Assembly: GCA_050177075.1 (NCBI GenBank)
Contig: JBFXHL010000004.1
Location: 1 to 53,233, forward strand
Reading direction: 5' to 3'
DNA: 53,233 nt
Origin: Sulfuricellaceae bacterium
GTDB taxonomy: Bacteria > Pseudomonadota > Gammaproteobacteria > Burkholderiales > UBA9220
The notes beneath the pieces are model-generated. The model saw nothing but the letters and a program-made list of their open reading frames with translations, was not told the origin of the DNA and made no database searches. This document shows positions 18,639 through 28,280 of the stretch, one piece after another. Every line of letters begins with the position of its first letter. The first letter of the stretch is position 1. The translations under genes and the position numbers were made by a program.

Positions 18639-19935
18639 GGTTTCTCAAGGTGCGGGAGAGACGGTCCACCAGGAACACGTCGTCGAAAAAGTAGAGGCCG
18701 ACGATGTCGTGCAGCAGGGCGTCGATGGCGTCGTCGGAAATGGCGCACACTTGCTGGTAGAGCTCCTGGGCGATGCCGGCGAAGGCGTCGACGACGGACG
18801 GGTCGAAATGGCGCCCCCGCTCCGCCGCGATGATGGCCATCGCCTTGTCGAAGGGCATGGGGTCCTTGTAGGGGCGCTTGGAGGTGAGGGCGTCGAAGAC
18901 GTCGACGATGGCGAAAATACGGGCGTTGAGGGGGATGTCCTCTCCCTTCAGGCCGTGGAGGTAGCCGTTGCCGTCGTATTTCTCGTGGTGGAACTCCACC
19001 ACCTCCCGGGCGCTTTGCAGCCACTCCGACTTGGCGAGGATGTCCACCCCGAGCCGGACGTGGGTTTTCATGATCTCGAACTCTTCCTCGGTCAGCTTGC
19101 CCGGCTTGAGGAGAATGGTGTCGCTGATGCCGATCTTGCCCACGTCGTGGAGAAAGGCCCCGGCAATCAGGCGCCGGATGTCGGCCTTGTCCAGGCCGAG
19201 AGCCTCGGCGAGACGCACGGCGTAGATGGTGACGCGGTAGTTGTGGGCATTGGTGTCGGAGTCCCGTTTCGCCACCGCGCTGCCCAGGACTTCGATCAGT
19301 TCGATGTTGGTTCGCAGCAGGTCGCCGGAGAAGCGGATCAGCTCCCGGTTGAGGAAGAGGATGACCGGATAGAGGATGACGGTGGTGACCAGGGTGGCGA
19401 TCACCACCAGGATCAGGGTGCGCAGGACGCTGTTGCGGATATCCGCCAGGGTGGCTGGGTCGACCCGGTAAACGCCCTCGAAGTAGCCGGCGAGGTTGCC
19501 GTTCGGCTCCGTCATGGGCAGCAGCACTTGGAGGAAAAGCTGGTCGTCCAGGTAGATTTTCTCGTAATGGATCGAGCCCTCGAAGGGAAAGCTATGGGTG
19601 TAGCGCTTCAGCTTCTCTTCCGTGGCGGCCTCGCCGGGATCCATCCCCTCGGCCACCTTGTTCTTGTTGCTGTCGTAGAGCTCGATGATGATGAAGTGGC
19701 TGTTGAGGGAGGCCTCGACGATCTGTTGCAGCTTGGCGGGGTCGGCCTTGCCCTGGGCTAGGTGGGCCAGGGTGTCGTTTTTCAGGGTCTTGGATTCCTC
19801 CATCGCCAGGCTGAGAACCTGGTCGTCGATTTTTTCCGTCTCCAGGTAATAGACCACGCCGCCGATGACGACGGAGAGCCCAAGCCAGGCGGCGAAAAGA
19901 CGTTTGAGGATGCGTTTGTGGATGTCGGTGCGCAT
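18619..19935 (-). CDS. Membrane-bound HD-GYP phosphodiesterase
   Basis: Two transmembrane helices; HDVGK, HHEKYDGNGYL and VDVFDALTSKRPYK. Confidence 0.9.
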   Translation of the reverse strand: MRTDIHKRILKRLFAAWLGLSVVIGGVVYYLETEKIDDQVLSLAMEESKTLKNDTLAHLAQGKADPAKLQQIVEASLNSHFIIIELYDSNKNKVAEGMDPGEAATEEKLKRYTHSFPFEGSIHYEKIYLDDQLFLQVLLPMTEPNGNLAGYFEGVYRVDPATLADIRNSVLRTLILVVIATLVTTVILYPVILFLNRELIRFSGDLLRTNIELIEVLGSAVAKRDSDTNAHNYRVTIYAVRLAEALGLDKADIRRLIAGAFLHDVGKIGISDTILLKPGKLTEEEFEIMKTHVRLGVDILAKSEWLQSAREVVEFHHEKYDGNGYLHGLKGEDIPLNARIFAIVDVFDALTSKRPYKDPMPFDKAMAIIAAERGRHFDPSVVDAFAGIAQELYQQVCAISDDAIDALLHDIVGLYFFDDVFLVDRLSRTLRNHAPAAG

Positions 19936-19974
19936 AGGATCGGCGGTTGCTTCAGTGCTGACAGTTTAGCAGGT

Positions 19975-21093
19975 TCATTTGCCGCGCCCCCTCGGCAAGC
20001 GCATGGCGCCGTCCTCGAAAGTGCCCTGTTCGGCGTCCAGGTGGCAGGCGGCGCAGTTGGCTTTCGACGTCACCTTGGGGTTGCGCCAGGTTTCCGGCGG
20101 GATGCCCCGGTGTTTCTTTTGCCAGTAGGGCGTGTCGGTGATGCGCAGCGGCGCCTCTCCGGCGGGGACGGAACGGTCGATTTTGTAGGCCGCCTCGGTG
20201 AGCTGCCGGTCGGCGGCGTTGTTTTCCAGGAAGGCGAGGATTTCCCGGGTGGCGGCGGCATCGAGGCCGAGGGTTTCGCCGAAGTGATTGTCCTGCTCGG
20301 CCATCATCCGCCGCCAGGAGCGGGCGGGGAGCAGGGAAGGATGAAAGGCCAGGTGGCAGCTGCCGCATTCCGAGCGCCAGACCTTGTTGTCCGGCAGGCT
20401 CGGACCGACGAAGGGACGGTAGGGCTGCTGCGGAGTCTCCTGAAGATAGCCCTTGAAGTACCAGACCCCGCCGGCCAGGACCAGGGCCAGCAGCAGCATC
20501 GCGCTGAAACGGCGGGGGGAAGCGGCGGCCTGGGTCGCTTCCCCCTCCTTGCACCCCGTGACCATGGCCTTGGCCAGGTTTTCCTTGTGCAGCAGGCTTT
20601 CCACGGCCACGCTGGCGAGGTGGAGCCCCACCAGGGCCAGCATGGCGGAGGCCAGGCCCTCGTGCAGTTCCTTGAAGGCATGGCCGAGGCCGTAGGACAG
20701 CAGGCCGGCGAAGGGGCCGTGGTTTTCCTCTCCGCCCAGGGTCAGCAGGCCGGCGAGGCCGACGGCGACGGCCAGGCCGAGGAGGCCGTAGATGGCCCAG
20801 CTGCCCGCCGGGTTGTGGCCGATATGGCGTGCAGCCTTGCCGTGCAGGGTTTTCCCCAGATAGGCGATAGCTTCCTTCGGACTGAAGCGGAAGGAGGCGA
20901 AGCGGGCATAGCGGCTGCCGATCACCCCCCATAGGAGGCGGAAGGCCACCAGGCCGAGCATCAGGTAGCCGGCGAAGACGTGTACCGCCAGCCAGGCGTC
21001 CGATTCGGCGGTGAGCCAGGCGACGGCGAAGGCGGAGGCCAGCAGCCAGTGGAACAGGCGGGTAGGGAGGTCCCAGACGAGGATTTTCTGCAT
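19975..21093 (-). CDS. Cytochrome b/b6-type protein fused to a diheme cytochrome c (DHC) domain
   Basis: Start reassigned to the ATG at 21093 (MQKILVWDLPTRLFHW). Contains GHNPAG, then C-terminal CGSCH and CAACH heme motifs. Confidence 0.9.
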   Translation of the reverse strand: MQKILVWDLPTRLFHWLLASAFAVAWLTAESDAWLAVHVFAGYLMLGLVAFRLLWGVIGSRYARFASFRFSPKEAIAYLGKTLHGKAARHIGHNPAGSWAIYGLLGLAVAVGLAGLLTLGGEENHGPFAGLLSYGLGHAFKELHEGLASAMLALVGLHLASVAVESLLHKENLAKAMVTGCKEGEATQAAASPRRFSAMLLLALVLAGGVWYFKGYLQETPQQPYRPFVGPSLPDNKVWRSECGSCHLAFHPSLLPARSWRRMMAEQDNHFGETLGLDAAATREILAFLENNAADRQLTEAAYKIDRSVPAGEAPLRITDTPYWQKKHRGIPPETWRNPKVTSKANCAACHLDAEQGTFEDGAMRLPRGRGK

Positions 21094-21104
21094 CGCGGCT
21101 GGCC

Positions 21105-21590
21105 TTAGCGGGGAATGCGCACCTGGCGTTCGGCGTAGTCGCCCTGGTCGGCGCCGCTGTGGCAGGCGGCGCAGTTGGCGGGGCTCCCCACCTTGGGCCG
21201 CTTCCACACGTCGGCGCGGATTTCGTCATGCTGACGCTGGAACCAGGCCGTTTCGGTGATGCGCAGCGGCGTCTTGGCGGGGTCCATGCCACGCAGCACC
21301 TTGGCGGCGGTGCGGCTGGTCGCCCGGTCGGCGCTCTGGCTGGCGAGGAAGGCGGTGATTTCCTTGGCGGTGGCGGCGTCCAGGCTGGCGTCGCTGCCGA
21401 AGTGGCGCTCCAGGCCGCCCATCAGCTTGCGCCAGGAGCGTTCCGGCAGCAGGGCGGGCGGATAGGCCACGTGGCAGGCGCTGCACTCGGCCTGCCATTT
21501 CGGGTTGGCGGCCGTGGGGGCGAGCTTGCCGCCGCCGTCGGCCAGGGCCGGGGCGGAGATGAAAAGGAGGGGGAGAAGCAGCTTTTTCAT
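21105..21590 (-). CDS. Diheme cytochrome c (DHC)
   Basis: Signal peptide; ECSACHVAYPP..LRITET..NCAACH. Confidence 0.92.
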   Translation of the reverse strand: MKKLLLPLLFISAPALADGGGKLAPTAANPKWQAECSACHVAYPPALLPERSWRKLMGGLERHFGSDASLDAATAKEITAFLASQSADRATSRTAAKVLRGMDPAKTPLRITETAWFQRQHDEIRADVWKRPKVGSPANCAACHSGADQGDYAERQVRIPR

Positions 21591-21600
21591 AATGGACTCC

Positions 21601-21999
21601 TTATTTCACCGAACGCAGGTAGGCGATGAAGTCGCCCTTCTCCTGGGCGCTGCAGGCCCGTCCCTGGACGTCCTGGCAGTTGCGCTTGAACCATTTTTCC
21701 ACCTTGGCCGGGTCGGTGAAGCGCTCGCCGTTGGCGACGGGAGCCAGGGGGGCGATGGCTTTGCCGGTTTTCTCGTGGCGGCCTTCGGCTTTCGGATTGT
21801 CGGTGTGGCAGGAGGCGCAGCTGGAACCCTTGGCGCTCTTGGCGCGGTAGAACTGCTCGCCGCGGGTGGCGGAGAATTCCTTGAAGGCGGTGTTCTGCTG
21901 TTTCGCCTCGGCGGCGTAACTCTGCTGGATTTCCGCCGGTGTGGCGGCGTAAGCGGGAAGAGCGGCAAGCAAGAGGGCGGGAAGCAGTAGTTTTTTCAT
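21601..21999 (-). CDS. SHP-like (DUF1924) monoheme cytochrome c
   Basis: Signal peptide; CASCH and KWFKRNCQDVQGRAC. Confidence 0.9.
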   Translation of the reverse strand: MKKLLLPALLLAALPAYAATPAEIQQSYAAEAKQQNTAFKEFSATRGEQFYRAKSAKGSSCASCHTDNPKAEGRHEKTGKAIAPLAPVANGERFTDPAKVEKWFKRNCQDVQGRACSAQEKGDFIAYLRSVK

Positions 22000-22049
22000 G
22001 GCGATGATCTCCGGCGGGTTGGACGATGGTTGCAGGCTACGCCGCCATC

Positions 22050-22065
22050 CTTAACGCTTCCTTAA
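22050..22065 (-). promoter_or_regulatory. Probable QseB/PmrA/BqsR-type box (CTTAA-N6-CTTAA)
   Basis: Direct repeat cttaa-cgcttc-cttaa about 50 bp upstream of the SHP gene, at the head of the operon that encodes the QseB-like regulator. Confidence 0.7.
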
Positions 22066-22100
22066 GGCATAATCGCGGTATGCCAAAAAGGGAGGAATGC

Positions 22101-23423
22101 ATGCAAGCCGTCGAACAACTGATCGCCACCCTGTCCGGTTGGGTGTGGGGGCCGCCGATGCTGGTGCTGCTGGTGGGCACCGGCCTCTACCTGACCGTGT
22201 TGCTGCGGGGGATGCAGTTCCGCGCTCTGCCCCATGCCCTGCGGCTGATCTGGCACAAGGAGCACGCGGGTTCCGGCGACATCAGCCACTTTGCCGCCCT
22301 GATGACGGCCCTGGCCGCCACCGTGGGCATCGGCAACATCGTCGGCGTGGCGACCGCCATCACCCTCGGCGGACCGGGGGCCGTGTTCTGGATGTGGATG
22401 ACGGGACTGGTGGGCATGGCCACCAAGTATTCCGAAGCGGTGCTGGCGGTGAAGTATCGGGAGAAGGGGGAGCACGGCATGCGCGGCGGCCCCATGTATT
22501 ACCTGGCCAAGGGCGTCGGCCTGCCCTGGCTGGGATGGCTGTTCGCCCTCTTCACCGCCCTGGCCACCTTCGGCATCGGCAACATGACCCAGGCCAACGC
22601 GGTGGCGAAGATTTTCCACGCCACCTTCGGCATCGAACCCTGGGTCACCGGGGTGGTGCTGATGGTGCTGACGGCCCTGGTGATTCTCGGCGGCATCAAG
22701 TCCATCGGCCGTTTTACCTCCCTGCTGGTGCCCTTCATGATCCTGGGCTACGTCGGCGCGGCGCTGCTGGTGCTGGCCCTGAACGCGGCGGAAATCCCCG
22801 CCGCCCTGTCCCTGATCTTCGCCCATGCTTTCAGCCCCATCGCCGCCGGCGGCGGTTTTGCCGGAGCGACGGTGGCGGCGGCGATGCGCTTCGGCGTGGC
22901 GCGGGGGGTGTTTTCCAACGAATCCGGCCTGGGTTCCGCCCCCATCGCCGCGGCGGCGGCCCGTACCCAGGACCCGGTGAAACAGGCCCTGGTGTCCATG
23001 ACCCAGACCTTCATCGATACCCTGGTGGTGTGCTCCATGACGGCCCTGGTGATTCTCACCGCCACGCCCTGGACCCAGGGCGCGGGGGCCGAGCAGTTGA
23101 CCGCCCTCAGCTTCGCCGAAAGCCTGGGGGCGGCCGGGACGGTGCTGGTGGCGGTGGCCACCGCTCTCTTCGCCTACTCCACCCTCATCGGCTGGAACTA
23201 CTACGGCGAGAAGGCGGTGGAATACTTGGCTGGGCCGAGGGCCATCCGCCCCTACCGGGTGCTGTTCATCGGCGTGGTGGTGGTGGGGGCGATGATGCAG
23301 CTGGAGTTCGTGTGGAATTTCTCCGATCTGATGAACGGCATGATGGCGATTCCCAACCTGATCGCCCTGCTGTTGCTGTCGAAGGTGGTGCGGGAGGAAA
23401 CCCGGCGCTATTTCGCGAAGTAG
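22101..23423 (+). CDS. Alanine/glycine:cation symporter (AGCS family)
   Basis: ATVGIGNIVGVA, GGPGAVFWMW and RGVFSNESGLGSA; probable start at the ATG at 22101. Confidence 0.95.
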   Translation: MQAVEQLIATLSGWVWGPPMLVLLVGTGLYLTVLLRGMQFRALPHALRLIWHKEHAGSGDISHFAALMTALAATVGIGNIVGVATAITLGGPGAVFWMWMTGLVGMATKYSEAVLAVKYREKGEHGMRGGPMYYLAKGVGLPWLGWLFALFTALATFGIGNMTQANAVAKIFHATFGIEPWVTGVVLMVLTALVILGGIKSIGRFTSLLVPFMILGYVGAALLVLALNAAEIPAALSLIFAHAFSPIAAGGGFAGATVAAAMRFGVARGVFSNESGLGSAPIAAAAARTQDPVKQALVSMTQTFIDTLVVCSMTALVILTATPWTQGAGAEQLTALSFAESLGAAGTVLVAVATALFAYSTLIGWNYYGEKAVEYLAGPRAIRPYRVLFIGVVVVGAMMQLEFVWNFSDLMNGMMAIPNLIALLLLSKVVREETRRYFAK

Positions 23424-23435
23424 CGCCGAGCCGTC

Positions 23436-24728
23436 TTACTCGGTTTCCACCCGGTTGCGCCCGCCGCGCTTGGCGCGATAGAGGGCGTCGTCCACCCGTT
23501 TGGTGAAGCTGCGCGGGGTGTCGTCGTCGCGGAAGGGGGTGACCCCCAGGCTGATGGTGAGGCGGCCGACGACGGGAAAGACGGTCTCCTCCACCAGGGC
23601 CCGGAGCTTGGAAGCCATTTGCTGGGCGCTGTCGAGAGAAATGCCGGGGGCCAGGATCATGAATTCCTCGCCTCCCCAGCGGGCGAAAATATCGTGTTCG
23701 CGGATGTGCTTGGCGACCAGCTGGGCCAGGTTGACCAGCACCAGGTCGCCCACCTGGTGGCCGTAGGTATCGTTGACCTGCTTGAAGTAGTCGATGTCGA
23801 ACATGATCAAGGACAGGGAGGAACCGTAGCGTTTGGCGCGGTCGATCTCCAGGTTCAGGCTGTCGTCGAATTTCTCCCGGTTGTAGATGCCCGTCAGGGA
23901 ATCGGTGGTGGCCTGGTGTTCCAGGGCCGCCTTCTCCCATTCCATGTGGGTGACGTCGGCGAAGGAGAATATGTATTTGTCCAGTTCCGAAAACTGGATG
24001 CAGTTCACCACGAAGGCCCGGGTGCCGCCGGTCTGGGGGTTCTTCAGGTAGATGGCGTGCTCCACCTCGGGGTGGTCCAGGATGGGCACGCTCCAGGCGG
24101 CCTTCGCCTCGCTGACGAAGGGGGTGCCGTCCACCTGGGTGATGAAGCTGTCCACGCTGGAGCCGGATTCCTTCATCGCTTCCAGGGAGGCGAAGCCGAG
24201 GTAGGCGAGGAAGGTCTGGTTGATGTACTCCAGTTCCCGGTTGTGATCGAGGATGGCGACGAAATTCGGGTTCACGTCCAGGATGTAGTTGATGAAGGCG
24301 TTGCGGGACTGGAGCTCCCGGCGCTGCTGCAGGGACTGGGCGCTTTTCAGGACGGCCTTCTGCAGCTGATGGGTGTCCACCGGTTTCAGGACGTATTTGT
24401 CCACGCCGATGTCGATGGCCCGGATGAAGTAATCCTGCTCGTTGAAGGCGGTGGTGACGATGATGGGCGTGTCCTCGCTGACGGCCTTGATGGCCTCGGC
24501 CATTTTCAGGCCGTCCATGACCGGCATCAGGATGTCGGTGATGACGATGTCGGGCTGGTGTCGGTGGAAGGCGTCCAGTCCTTCCTGGCCGTTCTCCGCG
24601 ACGAGGAGGGTGCCAACCCGCCGCTGCAGGAATTGGGTCAGTTGACCGCGAATATCCGGGTTGTCCTCGACGTAAAGCACGGAGAGGGATTTCAACAGGG
24701 CATGATCTTTCGACAAATGCGCGTCCAT
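23436..24728 (-). CDS. Response regulator-diguanylate cyclase (REC-PAS-like-GGDEF)
   Basis: VLYVEDN..TDILMP; DIDYFKQVND and RWGGEEF. Confidence 0.92.
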   Translation of the reverse strand: MDAHLSKDHALLKSLSVLYVEDNPDIRGQLTQFLQRRVGTLLVAENGQEGLDAFHRHQPDIVITDILMPVMDGLKMAEAIKAVSEDTPIIVTTAFNEQDYFIRAIDIGVDKYVLKPVDTHQLQKAVLKSAQSLQQRRELQSRNAFINYILDVNPNFVAILDHNRELEYINQTFLAYLGFASLEAMKESGSSVDSFITQVDGTPFVSEAKAAWSVPILDHPEVEHAIYLKNPQTGGTRAFVVNCIQFSELDKYIFSFADVTHMEWEKAALEHQATTDSLTGIYNREKFDDSLNLEIDRAKRYGSSLSLIMFDIDYFKQVNDTYGHQVGDLVLVNLAQLVAKHIREHDIFARWGGEEFMILAPGISLDSAQQMASKLRALVEETVFPVVGRLTISLGVTPFRDDDTPRSFTKRVDDALYRAKRGGRNRVETE

Positions 24729-24744
24729 GGCGGGGAGCGATCTT

Positions 24745-25911
24745 CTAAGAGGAACGGGGCGGGCTGGCGATAATATCCCGGCAATCGATGGCGATGAGGG
24801 AAATGTCGTCGTGAGCTGGTTTGTCTCCCAAATGGGTCTTAATGGATTCTAGCACGCCCTCGAACAGGGTAGGGGCTTTCCGGGCGGCCAGCGCTTGGGC
24901 CAGGCGCTGCTGGCCGAACATCTCGCCGGCGGCGTTTTCCGCTTCGAGGAGGCCGTCGGAATAGAGCAGCAGTTGACCCGGCTCCTGCCAGTGGAAAACA
25001 GCCGTCCGAGCGTCGAAGGCGTCGTCGTCGAGGATGCCGAGGGGGGGATGGGCGGAGGAAAAGGCATGGCGGATTTCCCCGTCGTCGTCCACGAACAGGA
25101 CCGCCGGATTGCCGCCGTTCCAGGTTTCCACGGTGCGGTTGAGGGTGTCGACGTGGACCAGGGTGGTGGCGACGAAGCGGTCGGGGGGTATCTGGTCCTT
25201 CAGCACGCTGTTCATTTCGGCCACGATGCTCGAAAGGGCGAAGCCCTTTTCCACCATCTTGTAGAACACCCGCACCAGGGGCAGCAGGTTGATGGCGGCG
25301 GGAAGGCCGTGGCCGGTGGCGTCGGCCAGCAGGGTGAAGAGGGAGCCGTCGGGGGCCCTGGTCGCGCCGACCAGGTCGCCGGAAAAGCGGGTGGCCGGCT
25401 GGACCTGGTAGCGCAGGCTGGGATCCTTCAGGCCCTTGGCCAGCATCATGCGCCGCATCAGGTGTAGGGTGATCTTGAGCTCTTCCTCGGCTTTCTCGTG
25501 GAATTGCTGCAGTTCCCGCCGCTCCAGCATGATCTGGCCGGAGCGGGCGATGGCCTCCATCAGGTGCTCGGCGTTGATGGGCTTGGCGAGATAGCGGTCG
25601 ATGCCGATTTCGATGGCCTGGAGAAAATAGGTCTGGTCGTTGAAGGCGGTAGTGACGATCACCGGGGTGTCCCGGTCCATTTCCTTGATGGCGCGGGACA
25701 TTTGCAGGCCGTTCATGACGGGCATCTGGATATCGGTCACCACCACGTCGGGCCGGTAGCGGGTGAAAAGATACAGCCCTTCCTGCCCGTCCGCCGCCAG
25801 GTGCAGCTTCCCGACCCAGCGGGTGAGGATCTGGGCCACCATGGTCCGGGTTGGCTCGTCGTCCTCCACGTAGAGGACGGCGAGGGATTTGAGGCATTCT
25901 TGGCGGTTCAT
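24745..25911 (-). CDS. Response regulator-PP2C/SpoIIE phosphatase fusion
   Basis: REC domain; SGD, ADATGHG, YSDGL and HDDIS. Confidence 0.92.
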   Translation of the reverse strand: MNRQECLKSLAVLYVEDDEPTRTMVAQILTRWVGKLHLAADGQEGLYLFTRYRPDVVVTDIQMPVMNGLQMSRAIKEMDRDTPVIVTTAFNDQTYFLQAIEIGIDRYLAKPINAEHLMEAIARSGQIMLERRELQQFHEKAEEELKITLHLMRRMMLAKGLKDPSLRYQVQPATRFSGDLVGATRAPDGSLFTLLADATGHGLPAAINLLPLVRVFYKMVEKGFALSSIVAEMNSVLKDQIPPDRFVATTLVHVDTLNRTVETWNGGNPAVLFVDDDGEIRHAFSSAHPPLGILDDDAFDARTAVFHWQEPGQLLLYSDGLLEAENAAGEMFGQQRLAQALAARKAPTLFEGVLESIKTHLGDKPAHDDISLIAIDCRDIIASPPRSS

Positions 25912-26727
25912 GACCTTTGCGTATCTTCGTCGGGCGCCCGGGGGGTGATGAGGGTGAATTTTGCGCCCTGGTCGGTGTTTTGCACCAGTATTTTTCCATC
26001 CAGGTTTTTCTCGACGATCATTTTCGTCATATACAGCCCGATCCCGGTCCCCTTTTCACGGGTGGTGAAATAGGGGTCGAAAATCTTGTCCATCACTTCC
26101 GGCGCGATGCCACCGGCGTTGTCCTCGACCGCCAGCCGCACTTCCTCGGTTGTCGCGGTCAGATGGACGGTCACCCGGCCATTGGCGACTTGCCGCTCCT
26201 TCAAGAGGTCTTTCGCGTTGGACAGGATGTTCAGCAGGGCCTGGGAATACTGATTGGAGAAACCAAAGATTTTTCCGTCCTGCTCGACGTGCGTGACTAC
26301 CTCGATCCGGTTGTTGCTGAAGGCGGATTCGACCAGGGCCAGGATTTCCTGGAGAACGGCGGCGCTGAAGCGGGTTTTCCGACGGTCGGGCGAAAGAAAT
26401 CGCGGAAGTCGTCGATGGTGGTGGACATGGGGTTGATGATGCGCCGTCCCTCCCACACTTCCCGGTCGAGATAGGCGTCGTTCAGTTCGACTGCCAGGCG
26501 TCGCGGAGGTCGGCGAGCAGCAGGGCGAGCGCGGCGACGATGTCCCGGGCTTCGGCGTCGAAGCGCTCCCGATGGGTGTGTTCGACGATGACGCGGCTGT
26601 AGTGCCAGCCGGCCAGTGACACGAGAGACACGGCGCCGGCCACCAGCTTGCCGAGGTGGGCGTGCCAGCGCGGGGTGCCGATTCCCTCCGTCGAAACGGT
26701 TTCCTCAGGCTCGACTTGCTTCACCAA
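25908..26727 (-). pseudogene. Degraded sensor histidine kinase (internal deletion and two frameshifts)
   Basis: A transmembrane/sensor N-terminus joins ALALLLADLRDAWQ directly, with no H-box. After a frame change near 26490 it reads ELNDAYLDRE..MSTTIDDFRDFFRP. A second frame change near 26388 leads into an intact HATPase domain (NILSNAKD, DNAGG, FDPYFTT, GTGIGL). Confidence 0.85.
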
Positions 26728-26778
26728 GGCCCCTCTTGTCCGAGGCGCTTCGCGGAGGTTCGGCGCGGCTTTCCGTTC

Positions 26779-27354
26779 CTATTCCCCGGCTTCGTTGGCC
26801 GCCGGGAAAAGCTCGGTGATGGCTTTTTTCAGGGTCTTGACCATTTCAGGCACTTCGATGTCCATGATCTGGTCGACGATCCAGCTCTTGTCCTGCTGCG
26901 GCAGTCGATCCATGATGCGCAGGCCGAGATAGCGGACGAAAGCGAAATCCGGCCCGTCCTCGGCATACCCGAAAGTGGCGTAGTCATCGGCCCGCTCGTT
27001 GAGGCGGGCGATGAACTGGCCCTTGTAGTCGGCCGTGGTGTCCACCCCGGGGACGTCGAGCACGTTGTCATGGAGGATTTCCCCCAGGCGGTTGGCCAGG
27101 GCGGTGACGAAGGCGGTGCGCTGTTCGAGGGAGAATTTCTCGTAGGCCATGCGGTCGGCGAGCTGGATCAGGAAGTAGAGTATCTCGGCGATGATGGCGT
27201 AGCCCTGGGCCGGGTCGGTGATGCGGTAGCCTTCCTTGCGCAGGTTGCCGATGGTTCCCGAGGCCAGGCGCCAGCAGATCAGCGCCACCACGCTGGCGGA
27301 CTGGGCGCTGTCGCCGGTGTGGGCGGTGTTGTGCCACTGGGTCTTTATTCGCAT
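26779..27354 (-). CDS. Conserved hypothetical protein
   Basis: Start reassigned to the ATG at 27354 (MRIKTQWHN...), overlapping the sulfurtransferase stop; typical codon usage and globular composition. Confidence 0.75.
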   Translation of the reverse strand: MRIKTQWHNTAHTGDSAQSASVVALICWRLASGTIGNLRKEGYRITDPAQGYAIIAEILYFLIQLADRMAYEKFSLEQRTAFVTALANRLGEILHDNVLDVPGVDTTADYKGQFIARLNERADDYATFGYAEDGPDFAFVRYLGLRIMDRLPQQDKSWIVDQIMDIEVPEMVKTLKKAITELFPAANEAGE

Positions 27355-28214
27355 AGCAGCCCCGTTTCGCCGGTTTCGACGGGCCGGGAGGGATCGGTGA
27401 TCCACTCGCTCCAGGAACCCGGGTAGAGCAGGGAGCCGGACAGGCCGGCATGCTCCATGGCCAGGATGTTGTGGCAGGCGGTGACGCCGGAGCCGCAGCT
27501 GTGGATGACGCGGCTGGGGGGAACGTCGCCGAGGATGTTGAGATAGATCTCGCGCAGTTCCTCGGTGGGCAGGTAGGTGCCGTCCAGGTCGAGGTTTTCC
27601 TCGAAGGGCCAGTTGAACGTGCCGGGAATGTGGCCGGCTACCGGGTCGAGGGGTTCCACGTCGCCGGTGAAGCGCATCTCGGGACGAGCGTCGAGAACCT
27701 TCCACCGTCTGTCTCGGCGGGCGGCGTCCACTTGGGAAACGTCAACCCACAGGGCGCGATGGGGCGTGGCGTGGAAGACGGCGGGGCGGATTTCCGGCGG
27801 GGCGGCGGTCACCGGCCGCTGTTCCTTGTTGTGCCATTTCGGGTAACCCCCGTCCAGCAGCGCGACCTTCTCGTGGCCGAGCCAGCGCAGCAGCCACCAC
27901 AGGCGCACCGCCATGGCGCCGAAGCTGTCGTCGTACACCACCACCTGGCTGTCGGCGCTGACGCCCCAGCGGCCCAGTTTCTCCGCCAGGACGTTCGGGT
28001 CGGGCAGGGGGTGGCGGCCGGTGGTTTCGGTGGCCGGCGCGGACAGGTCTTCGTCCAGGTGGGCGTAGCGGGCCCCGGGGATATGGCCGTGGGCGTATGC
28101 GCGGCGACCGGCCTCAGGGTCGGTGAGAGTGGTGCGACAATCGAACACGATCCATTCCGGGTCGTCCAGATGGGCCGCGAGTTCGGAAGTGCTGACGAGA
28201 GTAGTGAATTTCAT
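27345..28214 (-). CDS. Two-domain rhodanese / SseA-type sulfurtransferase
   Basis: GHIPGA, GRHPLP, active site CGSGVTAC and YPGSWSEW. Confidence 0.95.
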   Translation of the reverse strand: MKFTTLVSTSELAAHLDDPEWIVFDCRTTLTDPEAGRRAYAHGHIPGARYAHLDEDLSAPATETTGRHPLPDPNVLAEKLGRWGVSADSQVVVYDDSFGAMAVRLWWLLRWLGHEKVALLDGGYPKWHNKEQRPVTAAPPEIRPAVFHATPHRALWVDVSQVDAARRDRRWKVLDARPEMRFTGDVEPLDPVAGHIPGTFNWPFEENLDLDGTYLPTEELREIYLNILGDVPPSRVIHSCGSGVTACHNILAMEHAGLSGSLLYPGSWSEWITDPSRPVETGETGLLCE

Positions 28215-28230
28215 GGCCGTCCAGAAAAGG

Positions 28231-28259
28231 AAAAAGCCGGAAACCTGGCGGTTTCCGGC
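28231..28259 (-). terminator. Intrinsic terminator of the cas6/DsrC-like operon
   Basis: 10-bp stem GCCGGAAACC-TGGC-GGTTTCCGGC followed by U5 on the minus strand. Confidence 0.8.
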
Positions 28260-28280
28260 CGTGGTAGGCCGGGAGTCCGG

